Positions 36,419 through 47,224 are shown, counted from the first letter of the stretch. The stretch: DNA of 64,000 nt from Atopobium sp. (GCA_015259035.1 JABZHC010000002.1:6833-70832); one strand, 5' to 3'. Translations and numbers: made by a program. The notes: generated from the letters alone by a model not told the origin.

Positions 36419-38596
36419 ATGTGGAGACAGTTTGCTTTAGCCGTAGCAGTTGTACTGGTTCTTTGTTATGTACCGGGATATCTTTTTTCTCGTGCTCTTG
36501 GCACTAAACGAATGACATCCCTTGTGGTAGCTCCGCTTATTTCGGTCTGCCTTATTGGCTTTTCTGGAATTGCCATCTACCCTCTGGGTCTAAAAGGTGT
36601 AACGCCGCTTTTGGGAGGCGTTGGTCTTTTTATTCTGATTGCTGCTGGGCTTGCGTATCTTATTCAGAAAATCAGACCCATCCAGGAAAATCAATCTCAT
36701 GCAAACCTTGGCGAGAAGGACTCTCTAAACGGAGTCTTTCTCTTAGTAACTGCTGGTATCTCTACTGCAATATTCTTTGTTATTTTCCACAAGGCAATTA
36801 GAAACCCCTCATGGTTCTTGCAGTCCGCTGATAATTATGCGCATCTTGCATACATTACAAGAAGTGTTCAATCGGGCATTTATTCCATGCTGCATGCTGC
36901 CTTTTATACAGGAGCAAGGCCAGAGTTTCAGACTCCCTTCTTTGATGAAGGCTTCTATCCAAATGCGCTTCATTCGGTAGCTGCTGTTGCTACGACCATA
37001 ACCGGTCTTAATGAAGTACTGACAGAAAACGTTGTGTGGTTTGTCTCTGTGGCAGTTATATATCCAGTTGGTATTTGCGCACTGCTTCAAACAATAGGAA
37101 AGAAAAACCTCGTTGCCAGCGTTCTAACCTCATTTGTAGTTTTTGCACAGCTGGCATTTCCTCTTCGAATGGTCACTGTTCATGCAGTATTTCCAAACGT
37201 AATGGGATTCTGCGCTGTTCCTAGTGCTGTTGTACTTTTCATCTTGATGCTCAATGGTGCTGTTTCGGACAAAAATGATTCTGCTGCTGAACAGCTAAAG
37301 TCGGCTTCGTTTGTAAATCCAAGGCTCGTGCTTTTGTGTGTGATGGGTATTCTCGCCCTTGCTATGATGCATCCAAGCGCAGATTTCTTCTGGGCTATCT
37401 GTGTTTTACCTTATGTGCTTTGCAGTTTTTTGCCACGACTTACTAACTTCCTTCAAGACAAATTCACGCTTTCAAAAACAAAAGGTATTGCGCTTTTAGC
37501 GGTTATGGAAGTTGTAACAGCTGGCCTTGCGGTTGGCATTTGGGTTTTCCTGCTTAATACAAGCTTCTTGGCTCCTACGGTCAATTTTGTGTGGGAGATT
37601 TATGTCAAACCGCTTGCAGCAGCTCAAACCGTATTGAACTTTGGCTTGCTCATGAACATGCCACAAATTCTCTTTGCGGTTGCGTTCTGGATTGGATTTG
37701 TTAGCTGCATTTTGAACAAGAATTATCGCTGGCTCACTCTGGCGTTTCTCATGACTGCCGTCATTTATGTGGCTAGTCTTTCTGATGTGCTTCCTATTAA
37801 GAGGTTTTTCTCGGGATTTTGGTATACCGATCCAGAAAGAACTGCCGCGATGGTAGCAATAGCAGCAGTCCCTGTTGCAATTATTGGCATGGAAACCGCC
37901 ATTACGCTTTTGTTTGATCTGATTAAACACGGAATTAAGACAGTTAAAGAAGGCAACAAAGGCGAGAAAATCAACTCAGAGAATTCTGCTTGCACCATTT
38001 CTGCAAATGGAGATCAATCATCCTGTAAGCCCTGCATGTTTATTAAAAACTCCGGCATTCTCATGTGCATTATTGCTGTGTTGTGGGGTTGTGCGCTCCT
38101 AAGTCCTTGGGATTTAGCAAGCCTGCCCAGAAGAGAACGCAGTGAGCTTCGTTATGGCATCATTTGGCTTAATGAGGTCTTTGAGCCTCGTGAGCATACA
38201 ACTTATAAGGCAAGTGAGGATGAGTTTGTAAAAAAAGCTCTCCAGATTGTTGGTAATGACCTGGTAGTTAATAATCCTTACGATGGCTCGCTTGTTCTGA
38301 ACTCACTTTATGGCATGAACATTTTCTACCGGGCAAAGGTAGAATCGGAAGAATTGCCACAAAGTGTAATTATTCGTACAAAGCTTAATGAGGTAGCTAC
38401 TAATCCAGAGGTTCAGCAGGCGGTCCGAGAAACTGGAGCAAGATATGTCCTGTTGCTCGACTTGGAAAATCCAGCTTTGTTAGGAGATCAAAGCTATTTC
38501 TTCTCAGGCCTACAAATCACCGATAAAGATCCTGGATTTGAGGTTGTTCTTCGAGAAGGTCCTTACAGACTATATAGAATTACGGCCGTTGAGTAG
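36419..38596 (+). CDS. Polytopic membrane protein (DUF6541-like; putative GT-C glycosyltransferase)
   Basis: About 13 TM segments; D..AH, FYP..LH, HPS, WYTDPER, NNPYDGS motifs; first gene upstream of the rml cluster. Confidence 0.6.
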   Translation: MWRQFALAVAVVLVLCYVPGYLFSRALGTKRMTSLVVAPLISVCLIGFSGIAIYPLGLKGVTPLLGGVGLFILIAAGLAYLIQKIRPIQENQSHANLGEKDSLNGVFLLVTAGISTAIFFVIFHKAIRNPSWFLQSADNYAHLAYITRSVQSGIYSMLHAAFYTGARPEFQTPFFDEGFYPNALHSVAAVATTITGLNEVLTENVVWFVSVAVIYPVGICALLQTIGKKNLVASVLTSFVVFAQLAFPLRMVTVHAVFPNVMGFCAVPSAVVLFILMLNGAVSDKNDSAAEQLKSASFVNPRLVLLCVMGILALAMMHPSADFFWAICVLPYVLCSFLPRLTNFLQDKFTLSKTKGIALLAVMEVVTAGLAVGIWVFLLNTSFLAPTVNFVWEIYVKPLAAAQTVLNFGLLMNMPQILFAVAFWIGFVSCILNKNYRWLTLAFLMTAVIYVASLSDVLPIKRFFSGFWYTDPERTAAMVAIAAVPVAIIGMETAITLLFDLIKHGIKTVKEGNKGEKINSENSACTISANGDQSSCKPCMFIKNSGILMCIIAVLWGCALLSPWDLASLPRRERSELRYGIIWLNEVFEPREHTTYKASEDEFVKKALQIVGNDLVVNNPYDGSLVLNSLYGMNIFYRAKVESEELPQSVIIRTKLNEVATNPEVQQAVRETGARYVLLLDLENPALLGDQSYFFSGLQITDKDPGFEVVLREGPYRLYRITAVE

Positions 38597-38671
38597 GACT
38601 TTGGTAAGCTTACGTATGAGCGTTATTCTAAGTACCATTGCGCGAGAAACTCGATTGATGAGGAGTAGATT

Positions 38672-39574
38672 GTGAAAGGCATTATTCTTGCAGGAGGTAG
38701 CGGTACCAGGCTTTATCCTCTGACAACCGTTACATCTAAACAACTCCTGCCTGTTTATGACAAGCCAATGATTTACTATCCTCTGTCTACGCTTATGCTG
38801 GCGGGGATTAGAGACATTCTTGTTATCTCTACTCCTCGTGACCTTCCAAATTTTGAAAAGCTTTTGGGTGACGGATCTGATTTTGGCATCTCTATCAGCT
38901 ATGCTGAACAGCCTTCTCCTGATGGATTGGCTCAGGCTTTTGTTATTGGTAAAGAGTTTATTGGTGATGACGCTGCAGCTCTGATTCTTGGAGACAATAT
39001 CTTCTTTGGAAACGGCCTTTCAGGTCTTGTCAGAAAGGCTGCTCAGCAGGCTCAGACTGCTGGTCGCGCTACCGTTTTTGGTTACCACGTGGATGATCCA
39101 GAGCGTTTTGGTGTTGTTGAGTTTGATAAGAATTACAACGCCATTTCAATTGAAGAGAAGCCAATCCATCCAAAGTCTAACTATGCCGTAACTGGTCTCT
39201 ATTTCTATGATCAGCGTGTTACTGAGCTGGTAAAGCAAGTTCAGCCAAGTGCTCGTGGTGAGTACGAGATTACTGATCTTAACCGTCTGTATCTTGAGGA
39301 TGGCACGCTTGATGTTGTCACACTTGGCCGCGGTTTTGCATGGCTTGATACGGGAACTATGGAGTCTCTCTTTGAGGCATCAACCTTTGTCCGTACCGTT
39401 GAAACAGCTCAGGGTCTGCCGGTAAGCGTTCCAGAAGAGATTGCTTTTGAGAATGGCTGGATTGATAGCTCAAAACTCATTGAATGTGCAGAACGCTACG
39501 GTAAATCTACGTATGGCGAGCACCTCAAGAGCGTTGCAGAAGGACGTATCCTTCCTTCTGGAAAGGGAGAGTAG
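38672..39574 (+). CDS. rfbA: Glucose-1-phosphate thymidylyltransferase
   Basis: [53 protein letters not shown]. Confidence 0.97.
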   Translation: MKGIILAGGSGTRLYPLTTVTSKQLLPVYDKPMIYYPLSTLMLAGIRDILVISTPRDLPNFEKLLGDGSDFGISISYAEQPSPDGLAQAFVIGKEFIGDDAAALILGDNIFFGNGLSGLVRKAAQQAQTAGRATVFGYHVDDPERFGVVEFDKNYNAISIEEKPIHPKSNYAVTGLYFYDQRVTELVKQVQPSARGEYEITDLNRLYLEDGTLDVVTLGRGFAWLDTGTMESLFEASTFVRTVETAQGLPVSVPEEIAFENGWIDSSKLIECAERYGKSTYGEHLKSVAEGRILPSGKGE

Positions 39575-39575
39575 T

Positions 39576-40475
39576 ATGCACGTTCTTATTACCGGTGCGC
39601 ATGGCCAGTTAGGCAACGAGCTCAAATGTCTTTTTGAGTCCGGTGTCTCTGAGATTGGCCCAATCCCAGAGGTTTTTGTTGAACTAGATGTTGATTATAC
39701 CGACGCAGATGAGCTTGACATCACTAGCGCTGAGTCAGTTAATACATGGTTTGACCAGCATGAACGCTATGACGTTGTTATTAACTGTGCTGCCGCAACA
39801 AATGTAGATGGTTGCGAGAGCAATTTTGAGATGGCGTTTGCAGTAAATGCGCTTGGCCCTATGAATCTTGCACGAGCTTGCAACTCTACACAAACAAAGC
39901 TTGTCCAGGTATCCACTGATTATGTCTTTAGCGGTAAGGAAAGCTCTCCTCGTACAGAGGAAGATGCTCCTTATCCTGTTTCTGCGTATGGTCGTTCAAA
40001 ATTAGCGGGAGAAGGACTTGCACTTGCTGCAAATTCACAAACATTTGTGGTTAGAACGGCGTGGCTTTATGGTTATGTTGGCAAGAACTTTGTGGCAACC
40101 ATGCGCACCCTTGGTGCAAAGTATCCAGAGATTAGTGTTGTTGATGATCAAGTAGGTAATCCTACCAGCGCAAATGATTTGGCACACACAATCTTGTGCA
40201 TTGCGGCTACTGAGAACTATGGCATCTATCACGCAACCAATGAGGGAACATGCTCATGGGCTGATTTTGCTGAGGCAATTATGGCTGGCAGCAACCTTGA
40301 CTGTAAAGTTACCAGGGTAACTTCTGCTCAGTGGAAAGAGATGCACCCAGAAAGCGCTTCTCGCCCCGCATATTCATCTTTGGTAAATGGACATCTTGAG
40401 AGTACCATTGGAAATTGTATGAGGCCTTGGCAAGAGGCTCTTGCGACATATCTTTCGAAGGTAGAAAGAGGTTAG
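39576..40475 (+). CDS. rfbD: dTDP-4-dehydrorhamnose reductase
   Basis: ITGAHGQLG, NCAA.T.VD, STDYVF, YGRSKLAGE, DQVGNPT, RPAYS. Confidence 0.95.
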   Translation: MHVLITGAHGQLGNELKCLFESGVSEIGPIPEVFVELDVDYTDADELDITSAESVNTWFDQHERYDVVINCAAATNVDGCESNFEMAFAVNALGPMNLARACNSTQTKLVQVSTDYVFSGKESSPRTEEDAPYPVSAYGRSKLAGEGLALAANSQTFVVRTAWLYGYVGKNFVATMRTLGAKYPEISVVDDQVGNPTSANDLAHTILCIAATENYGIYHATNEGTCSWADFAEAIMAGSNLDCKVTRVTSAQWKEMHPESASRPAYSSLVNGHLESTIGNCMRPWQEALATYLSKVERG

Positions 40476-40476
40476 T

Positions 40477-41544
40477 GTGAAGACCTATTTAGTAACTGGT
40501 GGAGCTGGATTTATTGGTTCAAACTTCATCCACTACATGCTTAGAAGAAATCAGGACATTCATATTTTGAACGTGGACGCCCTGACCTATGCTGGCAACC
40601 TTGAGAATCTTTCGGAATATGATCAAGACCCTTGTTACACCTTTGCTCACGTAGACATTAGGGATAAAGAGGCACTCACACAGCTGTTTGAGACCTATCA
40701 TCCCGATTACGTTGTTAACTTTGCAGCAGAGAGCCACGTAGATCGCTCTATTGAAGATCCGGGTGCCTTTGCTGACACTAACGTTATGGGTACTGTTGCG
40801 CTCCTGAGTGTTGCAGAATCTTTCTGGAATGATGGTCAGGGTTCCTACGGAGACCACAGATACCTGCAGGTTTCTACTGATGAGGTCTATGGCTCATTGC
40901 CACTTGATGATTCAGAGGCATTTTTCCGTGAGACCACACCTTTGAGTCCACACAGCCCTTACTCTGCATCCAAGGCTTCTGCTGATATGTTTGTAAAAGC
41001 CTGGCATGATACGTACGGATTTCCTGCGGTAATCACGCGTTGCTCCAACAACTATGGACCATATCAGTTCCCTGAGAAGCTCATTCCTCTGATGATTGAG
41101 AATTGCCTGGAGCACAAGGCACTTCCAGTTTATGGTGACGGACTGAATGTTCGTGACTGGCTCTACGTTGATGACCACTGCAAGGCAATTGCTATGGTCT
41201 TAGAGGGTGGCCGACTGGGCGAGGTTTATAACGTTGGCGGTCATAACGAGCGCAATAACCTCTACATTGTTAAGCGCATCATTAGTGAAGTTGCAAGAAT
41301 CACTGGTGATACTCAGATTACTGAGGATTTGATTTCTTACGTTACTGATCGTAAGGGTCATGACCGCCGTTACGGTATTGCACCAGATAAGATTAAAGAA
41401 GAGCTTGGCTGGTATCCAGAGACTCCATTTGAAGAGGGAATTGTTACCACTATTAGCTGGTATCTGGAGAACCGCAAGTGGGTTAAGAATGTAGTTTCTG
41501 GTGACTATCAGGACTACTACAAGAAAATGTACGAAGGTCGATAA
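40477..41544 (+). CDS. rfbB: dTDP-glucose 4,6-dehydratase
   Basis: VTGGAGFIGSNF, FAAESHVDRSI, STDEVYG, YSASKA, CSNNYGPYQFPEKLIP. Confidence 0.97.
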   Translation: MKTYLVTGGAGFIGSNFIHYMLRRNQDIHILNVDALTYAGNLENLSEYDQDPCYTFAHVDIRDKEALTQLFETYHPDYVVNFAAESHVDRSIEDPGAFADTNVMGTVALLSVAESFWNDGQGSYGDHRYLQVSTDEVYGSLPLDDSEAFFRETTPLSPHSPYSASKASADMFVKAWHDTYGFPAVITRCSNNYGPYQFPEKLIPLMIENCLEHKALPVYGDGLNVRDWLYVDDHCKAIAMVLEGGRLGEVYNVGGHNERNNLYIVKRIISEVARITGDTQITEDLISYVTDRKGHDRRYGIAPDKIKEELGWYPETPFEEGIVTTISWYLENRKWVKNVVSGDYQDYYKKMYEGR

Positions 41545-42389
41545 TGCGCACATACGATACAGAGACGCTCAAACATCTTCAGCAAGTTGAGCTGATGATT
41601 TTAAAGGACTTCGTTGATACCTGTGAGGCCAATAACATCCGTTATTTTGGCTTTGGAGGCACTGCCATTGGCGCTCTTCGTCACAAGGGATTTATTCCTT
41701 GGGATGATGATATCGATGTCTGCCTTCCTGCAGAAGACTTCAACAAGCTTCTGGACATTTATGACAAAGAGTGGTCAGAAAAGTATTCAATCATGAATAC
41801 CGAGAGGGACATCAACTATCCATTCCCAACCACTCGCATTATGCTTAAAGGTACGCAGTTCTGCGAAGAGGCGCTTGCTCCACTTCCACTTGATCTTGGT
41901 ATTTTCCTGGATGTCTACTGCTTTGATAACGTTTCAGATGACGAGAAAGAATACCAGAAGCAGGCATTTGACGCGTGGTTCTGGTCACATATGCGCATTT
42001 TAGTTGACGTCCCTCGTCCTGTTATTTTGGCCGACGGCATCAAGGGAAAGCTCTTAAAAGCAGCGGTTACTATGGGTAGAGGAGTTTGCAAACTGCTGCA
42101 CCTCTCTACTCAGAAAATGTATGAGCGTGAGCAGGAAGCCCGCAACCGCTTTGCTCACGTTAAGACAAAAAGAATTGCTTACCTGCACGATACGGATAGG
42201 TTTGTAAATACCTATCCAGTTGATGAGGTTTTTCCTGTCGATAAGCTTGATTTTGATGGAATTCAAGTAGCGTTCCCTAATCAAAATGATAAATTCCTTA
42301 GGATGCTTTACGGTGATTACATGCAAATGCCACCAGTTGAGAAGCGTAAAAACCACTATCCAGCGCGTTTGGATTTTGGTCCTTACTAG
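41544..42389 (+). CDS. licD: LicD family phosphotransferase (paralog 1)
   Basis: GTAIGALRHKGFIPWDDDIDV, IFLDVY, YGDYMQMPP. Confidence 0.88.
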   Translation: MRTYDTETLKHLQQVELMILKDFVDTCEANNIRYFGFGGTAIGALRHKGFIPWDDDIDVCLPAEDFNKLLDIYDKEWSEKYSIMNTERDINYPFPTTRIMLKGTQFCEEALAPLPLDLGIFLDVYCFDNVSDDEKEYQKQAFDAWFWSHMRILVDVPRPVILADGIKGKLLKAAVTMGRGVCKLLHLSTQKMYEREQEARNRFAHVKTKRIAYLHDTDRFVNTYPVDEVFPVDKLDFDGIQVAFPNQNDKFLRMLYGDYMQMPPVEKRKNHYPARLDFGPY

Positions 42390-42422
42390 GGTCTTCTCGC
42401 CTGTAAGCAATACATAAAAGGT

Positions 42423-42449
42423 AAAACGGCATCTCAGGTGCCGTTTTTT
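42423..42449 (+). terminator. Intrinsic terminator after licD
   Basis: AAAACGGCA...TGCCGTTTTTT. Confidence 0.75.
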
Positions 42450-42486
42450 GTTAGATTGGCAGTCTTTGACAATCCTCTGAAGTTAT

Positions 42487-42527
42487 TATGTTCAAAATGT
42501 GTTCATACTTGTATAAATTTGAACATA
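42487..42527. promoter_or_regulatory. Inverted-repeat operator candidate upstream of HTH-licC-licA
   Basis: TATGTTCAAA-N21-TTTGAACATA, downstream of TTGACA at 42466. Confidence 0.5.
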
Positions 42528-42599
42528 GGAGTATTATGACTGAAGTAAATTGGTATGGAAGTTTATTTCGCAGTTAATTGGTCTTCATTTGGAGGAACC

Positions 42600-44390
42600 G
42601 TGGCACTAACAAATAACGTGTTTTCTGTATTAAAAACCATTGCTCTTTCTGACGAGAAGCTCAATCAGAGACAGCTTGCAGAAGAGACTGAGCTTTCTTT
42701 GGGATCAGTTAATTCAGCAGTAAAAACGCTTGAGGACCAGGGTCTTATTGAAGAGGGACTCATCACACCAAAGGGTCTTGAAGCTCTGAAACCTTATGAG
42801 GTTAAGAATGCCATTATTATGGCAGCTGGTCTGTCTTCTCGCTTTGCACCTATTTCATATGAGAAGCCAAAGGGTGTCCTGAAGGTTCGTGGAGAAGTTC
42901 TGATCGAACGTCAGATTCATCAGTTGCTTGAAGCTGGTATTACTGACATCACCGTTGTTGTGGGTTATAAGAAGGAGTACTTCTTCTATCTGGAGGAGAA
43001 GTATGGCGTCAAGATTGTTGTTAACCCAGATTATGCAACAAGAAATAACAACTCTACGCTTTGGTATGTAAAAGACCAGCTTGATAATACGTATATCTGC
43101 TCGTCAGATGACTACTTTACTCAGAACCCATTTGAGCACTATGTCTATGAGGCTTATTACTCAGCAACCTATGTGGCAGGAGAAACTGACGAGTGGTGTC
43201 TTAAAGAGGGCCGCGGGGGACGTATTACCGGCGTAGAAATTGGTGGCTCTAACTCTTGGATTATGCTCGGCCACGTCTATTTTGATAGGCAATTCTCAAA
43301 GAAGTTTGTAGATATTCTTGATGCTGTCTACGACAAGCCAGAAACCGCTGATATGCTCTGGGAAGAGATTTACGTCCGTCATATCAAAGAGCTTTCTATG
43401 ACCATTAGAAAGTATCCTGACGGCGTTATTTACGAGTTTGATTCCCTTGATGAGCTTCGTCAGTTTGACCCAGCATTTATTGAGAACATCGACTCAGAGA
43501 TTTTTGACAACATTGTCTCGGTGCTTCATTGCCAGAAGAAGGATATCCACGGTTTCTATCCTCTAAAACAGGGACTTACCAATCTGTCTGCTCACTTTAT
43601 TGTGGGATATGGTGATGATGCTCAGGAGTATGTCTATAGACATCCTGGCGTTGGTACCGAGAAACTTGTTGATCGTGCAGCTGAAGAGGCTGGTCTTCGA
43701 CTTGCTCGTGAGCTTGGCCTAGACAGTACCTTTATTTACGAGGACCAAAAAGAGGGTTGGAAGATTTCCAAGTTTGTGAAAAACGCTCAGAATCTTGATC
43801 CTCATAACCCTGAGCAGCTCAAGCGTGCAATGGAGATGGGTAATAAACTGCATCATAGCGGCGCGTCACTTGATCGTTCTTTTGACTTTGTCAATGAGGG
43901 CCTTAATTACGAGAAACTCCTGCTTGAAGAAGGTCCTATTGAGATTCCTGGCTACTATGAGCTTCGCGAGAAGGTCCTGCGTTTGAAGAAGTATGCTGAC
44001 GCTGATCAGTATCCAGTTGTTATTTCTCACAATGATTTCTTCTATCTGAATTTCTTGATTGACGAGTCAGACACCTACAGCCTTATTGACTGGGAATATG
44101 CGGGAATGTCAGATGAGGCTAATGACTTTGGAACCTTTACGGTTTGCTGTGAGCTTACTGATGATGAGGCTAATGCTGCTATTGATTACTACTTTGGAAA
44201 AGAGGCAACGTTTGAGCAGCGCAGACACTTCTGGAGCTATGTAGTCTTTGCTGGTTGGTGCTGGTATCTCTGGTCTCTGGTTAAGGAAGCAGAGGGCGAG
44301 AACGTAGGCGAGTGGTTCTTCATTTACTATCGCTACGCTGCAAACAATATTGATCGTGTTCTTTCTTGGTACGAAGACGCTCAGAACTAA
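42600..44390 (+). CDS. Fusion: winged HTH + phosphocholine cytidylyltransferase (LicC-like) + choline kinase (LicA-like)
   Basis: NQRQLAEETELSLGSVN HTH; AIIMAAGLSSRFAP..KPKG NTP-transferase; GLTN, HNDF, LIDWEYAG choline kinase motifs. GTG start after GGAGG. Confidence 0.88.
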   Translation: MALTNNVFSVLKTIALSDEKLNQRQLAEETELSLGSVNSAVKTLEDQGLIEEGLITPKGLEALKPYEVKNAIIMAAGLSSRFAPISYEKPKGVLKVRGEVLIERQIHQLLEAGITDITVVVGYKKEYFFYLEEKYGVKIVVNPDYATRNNNSTLWYVKDQLDNTYICSSDDYFTQNPFEHYVYEAYYSATYVAGETDEWCLKEGRGGRITGVEIGGSNSWIMLGHVYFDRQFSKKFVDILDAVYDKPETADMLWEEIYVRHIKELSMTIRKYPDGVIYEFDSLDELRQFDPAFIENIDSEIFDNIVSVLHCQKKDIHGFYPLKQGLTNLSAHFIVGYGDDAQEYVYRHPGVGTEKLVDRAAEEAGLRLARELGLDSTFIYEDQKEGWKISKFVKNAQNLDPHNPEQLKRAMEMGNKLHHSGASLDRSFDFVNEGLNYEKLLLEEGPIEIPGYYELREKVLRLKKYADADQYPVVISHNDFFYLNFLIDESDTYSLIDWEYAGMSDEANDFGTFTVCCELTDDEANAAIDYYFGKEATFEQRRHFWSYVVFAGWCWYLWSLVKEAEGENVGEWFFIYYRYAANNIDRVLSWYEDAQN

Positions 44391-44408
44391 GGGCAAAAGG
44401 GGAAAATT

Positions 44409-45356
44409 ATGTATTACGGTCTTTTAAGCGGTATTCTTTGGGCGGTTGATACCGTTATTCTTGGTGTTGCTCTTGGTATGAGTCCTTATGTTGATTCAGC
44501 TCAGGCGTCATTTGCCAGCGCATTCATGCACGATTTCTTTGCTGCTGCAGTTCTTTTAGTCATGATGGCTCAGAAGGGAAGACTTAAAGACACCCTTGAG
44601 GCAGCAAAAACAAAGAGTGGTCGTGTAGTCATGCTTGGCGCACTCCTGGGTGGACCAATTGGTATGAGTGGTTACTTAGCTGCTATTAATACCATTGGAC
44701 CTGGTTACACCGCTGCTATTTCAGCTTTCTATCCTGCAGTTGGTTCGGTTTTAGCATGGCTTTTGCTCAAAGAAAAGATGAACTTAAAGCAGGTTATTGC
44801 CCTTATCGTTGCTCTTGTTGGCGTCATGGTTATTGGTCTCTCAACGGCAGCAGGCGAGGGTAACGGAAACGTTCTTGTGGGTATCTTGGGCGTTGCTGCT
44901 TGTGTCTTTGGCTGGGGTTCTGAGGCGGTTATTTTGGCTTGGGGCATGCAAGACGATGCTGTTGATAATGAGACTGCTCTTCAGATTAGGGAAACCACCT
45001 CTGCATTTGCATACGGTCTTCTCATCTTGCCATTGGCTGGTTCCGTTGATTTTGCTGCACAGGTTGCTCTGACTCCTGCTAATGGCGTTGTCTTTATTGC
45101 TGCTCTTGCAGGTACCGCCTCATATCTCTTCTACTACAAGGCAATTGACGCCATCGGTGCTTCTCGCGGTATGGCACTGAACATTTCTTACTCTGCGTGG
45201 TCGGTCATTTTTGCAGCTCTTGCAGGTATTATCCTGCCAACAATTATGCCTGAAGCAATTCCATCTCCACTGGTTGTAATTTGCTGCATTGTCATTATTG
45301 TAGGAACGGTTCTTTCTGCAACTCCAGACTGGAGTGAGCTCTTTAGTAAAGAGTAG
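44409..45356 (+). CDS. DMT/EamA transporter, LicB-like choline permease
   Basis: About 10 TM segments, GGPIGM, YPAVG..L...KEK, ALNISY; directly follows the choline kinase fusion. Confidence 0.8.
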   Translation: MYYGLLSGILWAVDTVILGVALGMSPYVDSAQASFASAFMHDFFAAAVLLVMMAQKGRLKDTLEAAKTKSGRVVMLGALLGGPIGMSGYLAAINTIGPGYTAAISAFYPAVGSVLAWLLLKEKMNLKQVIALIVALVGVMVIGLSTAAGEGNGNVLVGILGVAACVFGWGSEAVILAWGMQDDAVDNETALQIRETTSAFAYGLLILPLAGSVDFAAQVALTPANGVVFIAALAGTASYLFYYKAIDAIGASRGMALNISYSAWSVIFAALAGIILPTIMPEAIPSPLVVICCIVIIVGTVLSATPDWSELFSKE

Positions 45357-45379
45357 GTTAGCTTTATTCAAACAAACTA

Positions 45380-45412
45380 AAAACCCGCAGCTGTTGAGCT
45401 GCGGGTCTTTTT
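45380..45412. terminator. Bidirectional terminator
   Basis: AAAACCCGCAGCT...AGCTGCGGGTCTTTTT between convergent genes. Confidence 0.75.
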
Positions 45413-45431
45413 GTGTAGAGAACAAATGGAG

Positions 45432-46235
45432 TTAGCCGTTACTTTTTTGTCCGCTCTTATAAGCCATGTTGATGAGCTTGGCCACAGGAGCTGGCCAGAA
45501 CTTCTTGAGCATCTCTAGGTCCTCCTGTTCACGACGGTTGTCGTGAATAAGGTGGCTGGTTTCAGAATCTTCGTGGATGCGGTGAAGCATCAGTACACGG
45601 GTGTCGTACAAGAAATCACCTTCACGCTTGCTGATTGCTTCCCATGCTTCCCAATCCAGGTTAGAGCCAAATCCAGCCTTGAAAACAGGCACTTCAAGGT
45701 TGGGGAGAACCAGCGTGGTGCTTGGACAGCAAATAGCACAGCCCAGCTCAAGCGCACGACGTTTAGCCCATGCTTTACCTGCATTTTCTGGCTTGGAGAG
45801 CGAGTACAAAAGACGACGCTTTACCTTAAGCAAGCGATTTTCAAGAACTTCTTCACCGTCGCGCAGCTCTCCGTAATTGGTGAAGTAAATTAGTGGGCGA
45901 GAAGAGCTGTTCACGCGTTCAAGCATGTACTCTGCATAGTTTGGTTTGTAGAGATCATCTTGGTGAGCGATGGTTACTAACGGAGTCGTACAAACGCTCA
46001 CGGCAAAGTTCCAGTCGCCAGCAATGCCTCCCGGACCGGGATTAACATGCATGGGAATGTTGTACTTCTCGCAAAGAGACTGAATCAGTTCATTTGGTGT
46101 TGAAGTAGCCAAAAGAATATTCGTAGACAGTGTTTGCTCTTTGAGCGAGAGAATGCACTCTTCTAGATAGGGGCTCTCGCCATAAGCACAGACAGCAAAC
46201 GTGTGATCCTGAGGTGTATACATTGCTACATCCAA
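45432..46235 (-). CDS. Glycosyltransferase family 2 (GT-A)
   Basis: FAVCAYGESPYLEEC, DWNFA, IAHQDD, LDWEAW, HRIH. Confidence 0.85.
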   Translation of the reverse strand: MDVAMYTPQDHTFAVCAYGESPYLEECILSLKEQTLSTNILLATSTPNELIQSLCEKYNIPMHVNPGPGGIAGDWNFAVSVCTTPLVTIAHQDDLYKPNYAEYMLERVNSSSRPLIYFTNYGELRDGEEVLENRLLKVKRRLLYSLSKPENAGKAWAKRRALELGCAICCPSTTLVLPNLEVPVFKAGFGSNLDWEAWEAISKREGDFLYDTRVLMLHRIHEDSETSHLIHDNRREQEDLEMLKKFWPAPVAKLINMAYKSGQKSNG

Positions 46236-46286
46236 TCGATTAGCTCCGATGTCTAGTATTATAAGAATGTTATCGGACGATGGCGA

Positions 46287-47222
46287 ATGGGAGCCTTTGT
46301 GGAGTCTGACGGATATAAGACATACGAGAACCCCAATGAGCTAAGAAGGATTCAGATTCTTTCCACGCTTTTGATGGATGAGCTTGACCGCGTCTGTACG
46401 GAGCTTGGTATTTCGTATCAGGCGTACGGTGGAACAGCTATTGGCGCTGTGAGGCACAAAGGCTTTATTCCTTGGGATGATGATGTAGACATCTCGATGT
46501 TCCGCGAGGACTATGAGATTTTTTTGGAGAAGGCACCAGCACTTCTTCGTCCAGATTTTTGCATTCAAAACGGCAGGACGAACAATTACTTTCCTGCAGT
46601 AAATACAAACCTTTCTTTAAAGGGAACAGTGTGTGTTCCTGATGAGTTTATGACCTGCCCTTTTACGTACGCTATCTCAATTGGAATTTTCCCCTTTGAT
46701 AAGATTCCTGCAGACCCTAAGAAGCTTGCCAAGATTAAGCGTCAGACATGGTTCTGGGGTCGTCTGAACTTCCTTCTGGTTACTCCAACTCCACGCGTGC
46801 CGTTGACTGGCTGGAAGAAGAAAGTTGCTCTTGCGGGATGTTTTGTCATTCACCACACCTTGAAGCTCTTTAGGGTTTCATCCGCGCTGATTCAGCGTAA
46901 GTGGGATGAGGCAGCTCGTACTGCGGAGGGCGAGAATACCAATCATTACGCCAGTTTTGTTGAACCTGATCCAGAGAACTGGTCTATGGATAAAGAGGAT
47001 GTATTTCCTATGGTTCGTGTTCCTTTTGAGGACATTACTACTACGCTTCCTAAGGAATACGACAAGCTCTTAACCAGAGGATATGGTAATTACATGCAGC
47101 TTCCTCCAGAAAAGGATAGAAAGAATCACCATCCTGGCGCGCTTGATTTTGGTAAGTGGAAAGATGTGGATGTTACCAAGGGAAGTCGTCAGGCATTTGA
47201 AGATTTTGGCCAGAAAAGCTAA
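46287..47222 (+). CDS. licD: LicD family phosphotransferase (paralog 2)
   Basis: GTAIGAVRHKGFIPWDDDVDI, YGNYMQLPP. Confidence 0.85.
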   Translation: MGAFVESDGYKTYENPNELRRIQILSTLLMDELDRVCTELGISYQAYGGTAIGAVRHKGFIPWDDDVDISMFREDYEIFLEKAPALLRPDFCIQNGRTNNYFPAVNTNLSLKGTVCVPDEFMTCPFTYAISIGIFPFDKIPADPKKLAKIKRQTWFWGRLNFLLVTPTPRVPLTGWKKKVALAGCFVIHHTLKLFRVSSALIQRKWDEAARTAEGENTNHYASFVEPDPENWSMDKEDVFPMVRVPFEDITTTLPKEYDKLLTRGYGNYMQLPPEKDRKNHHPGALDFGKWKDVDVTKGSRQAFEDFGQKS

Positions 47223-47224
47223 TT

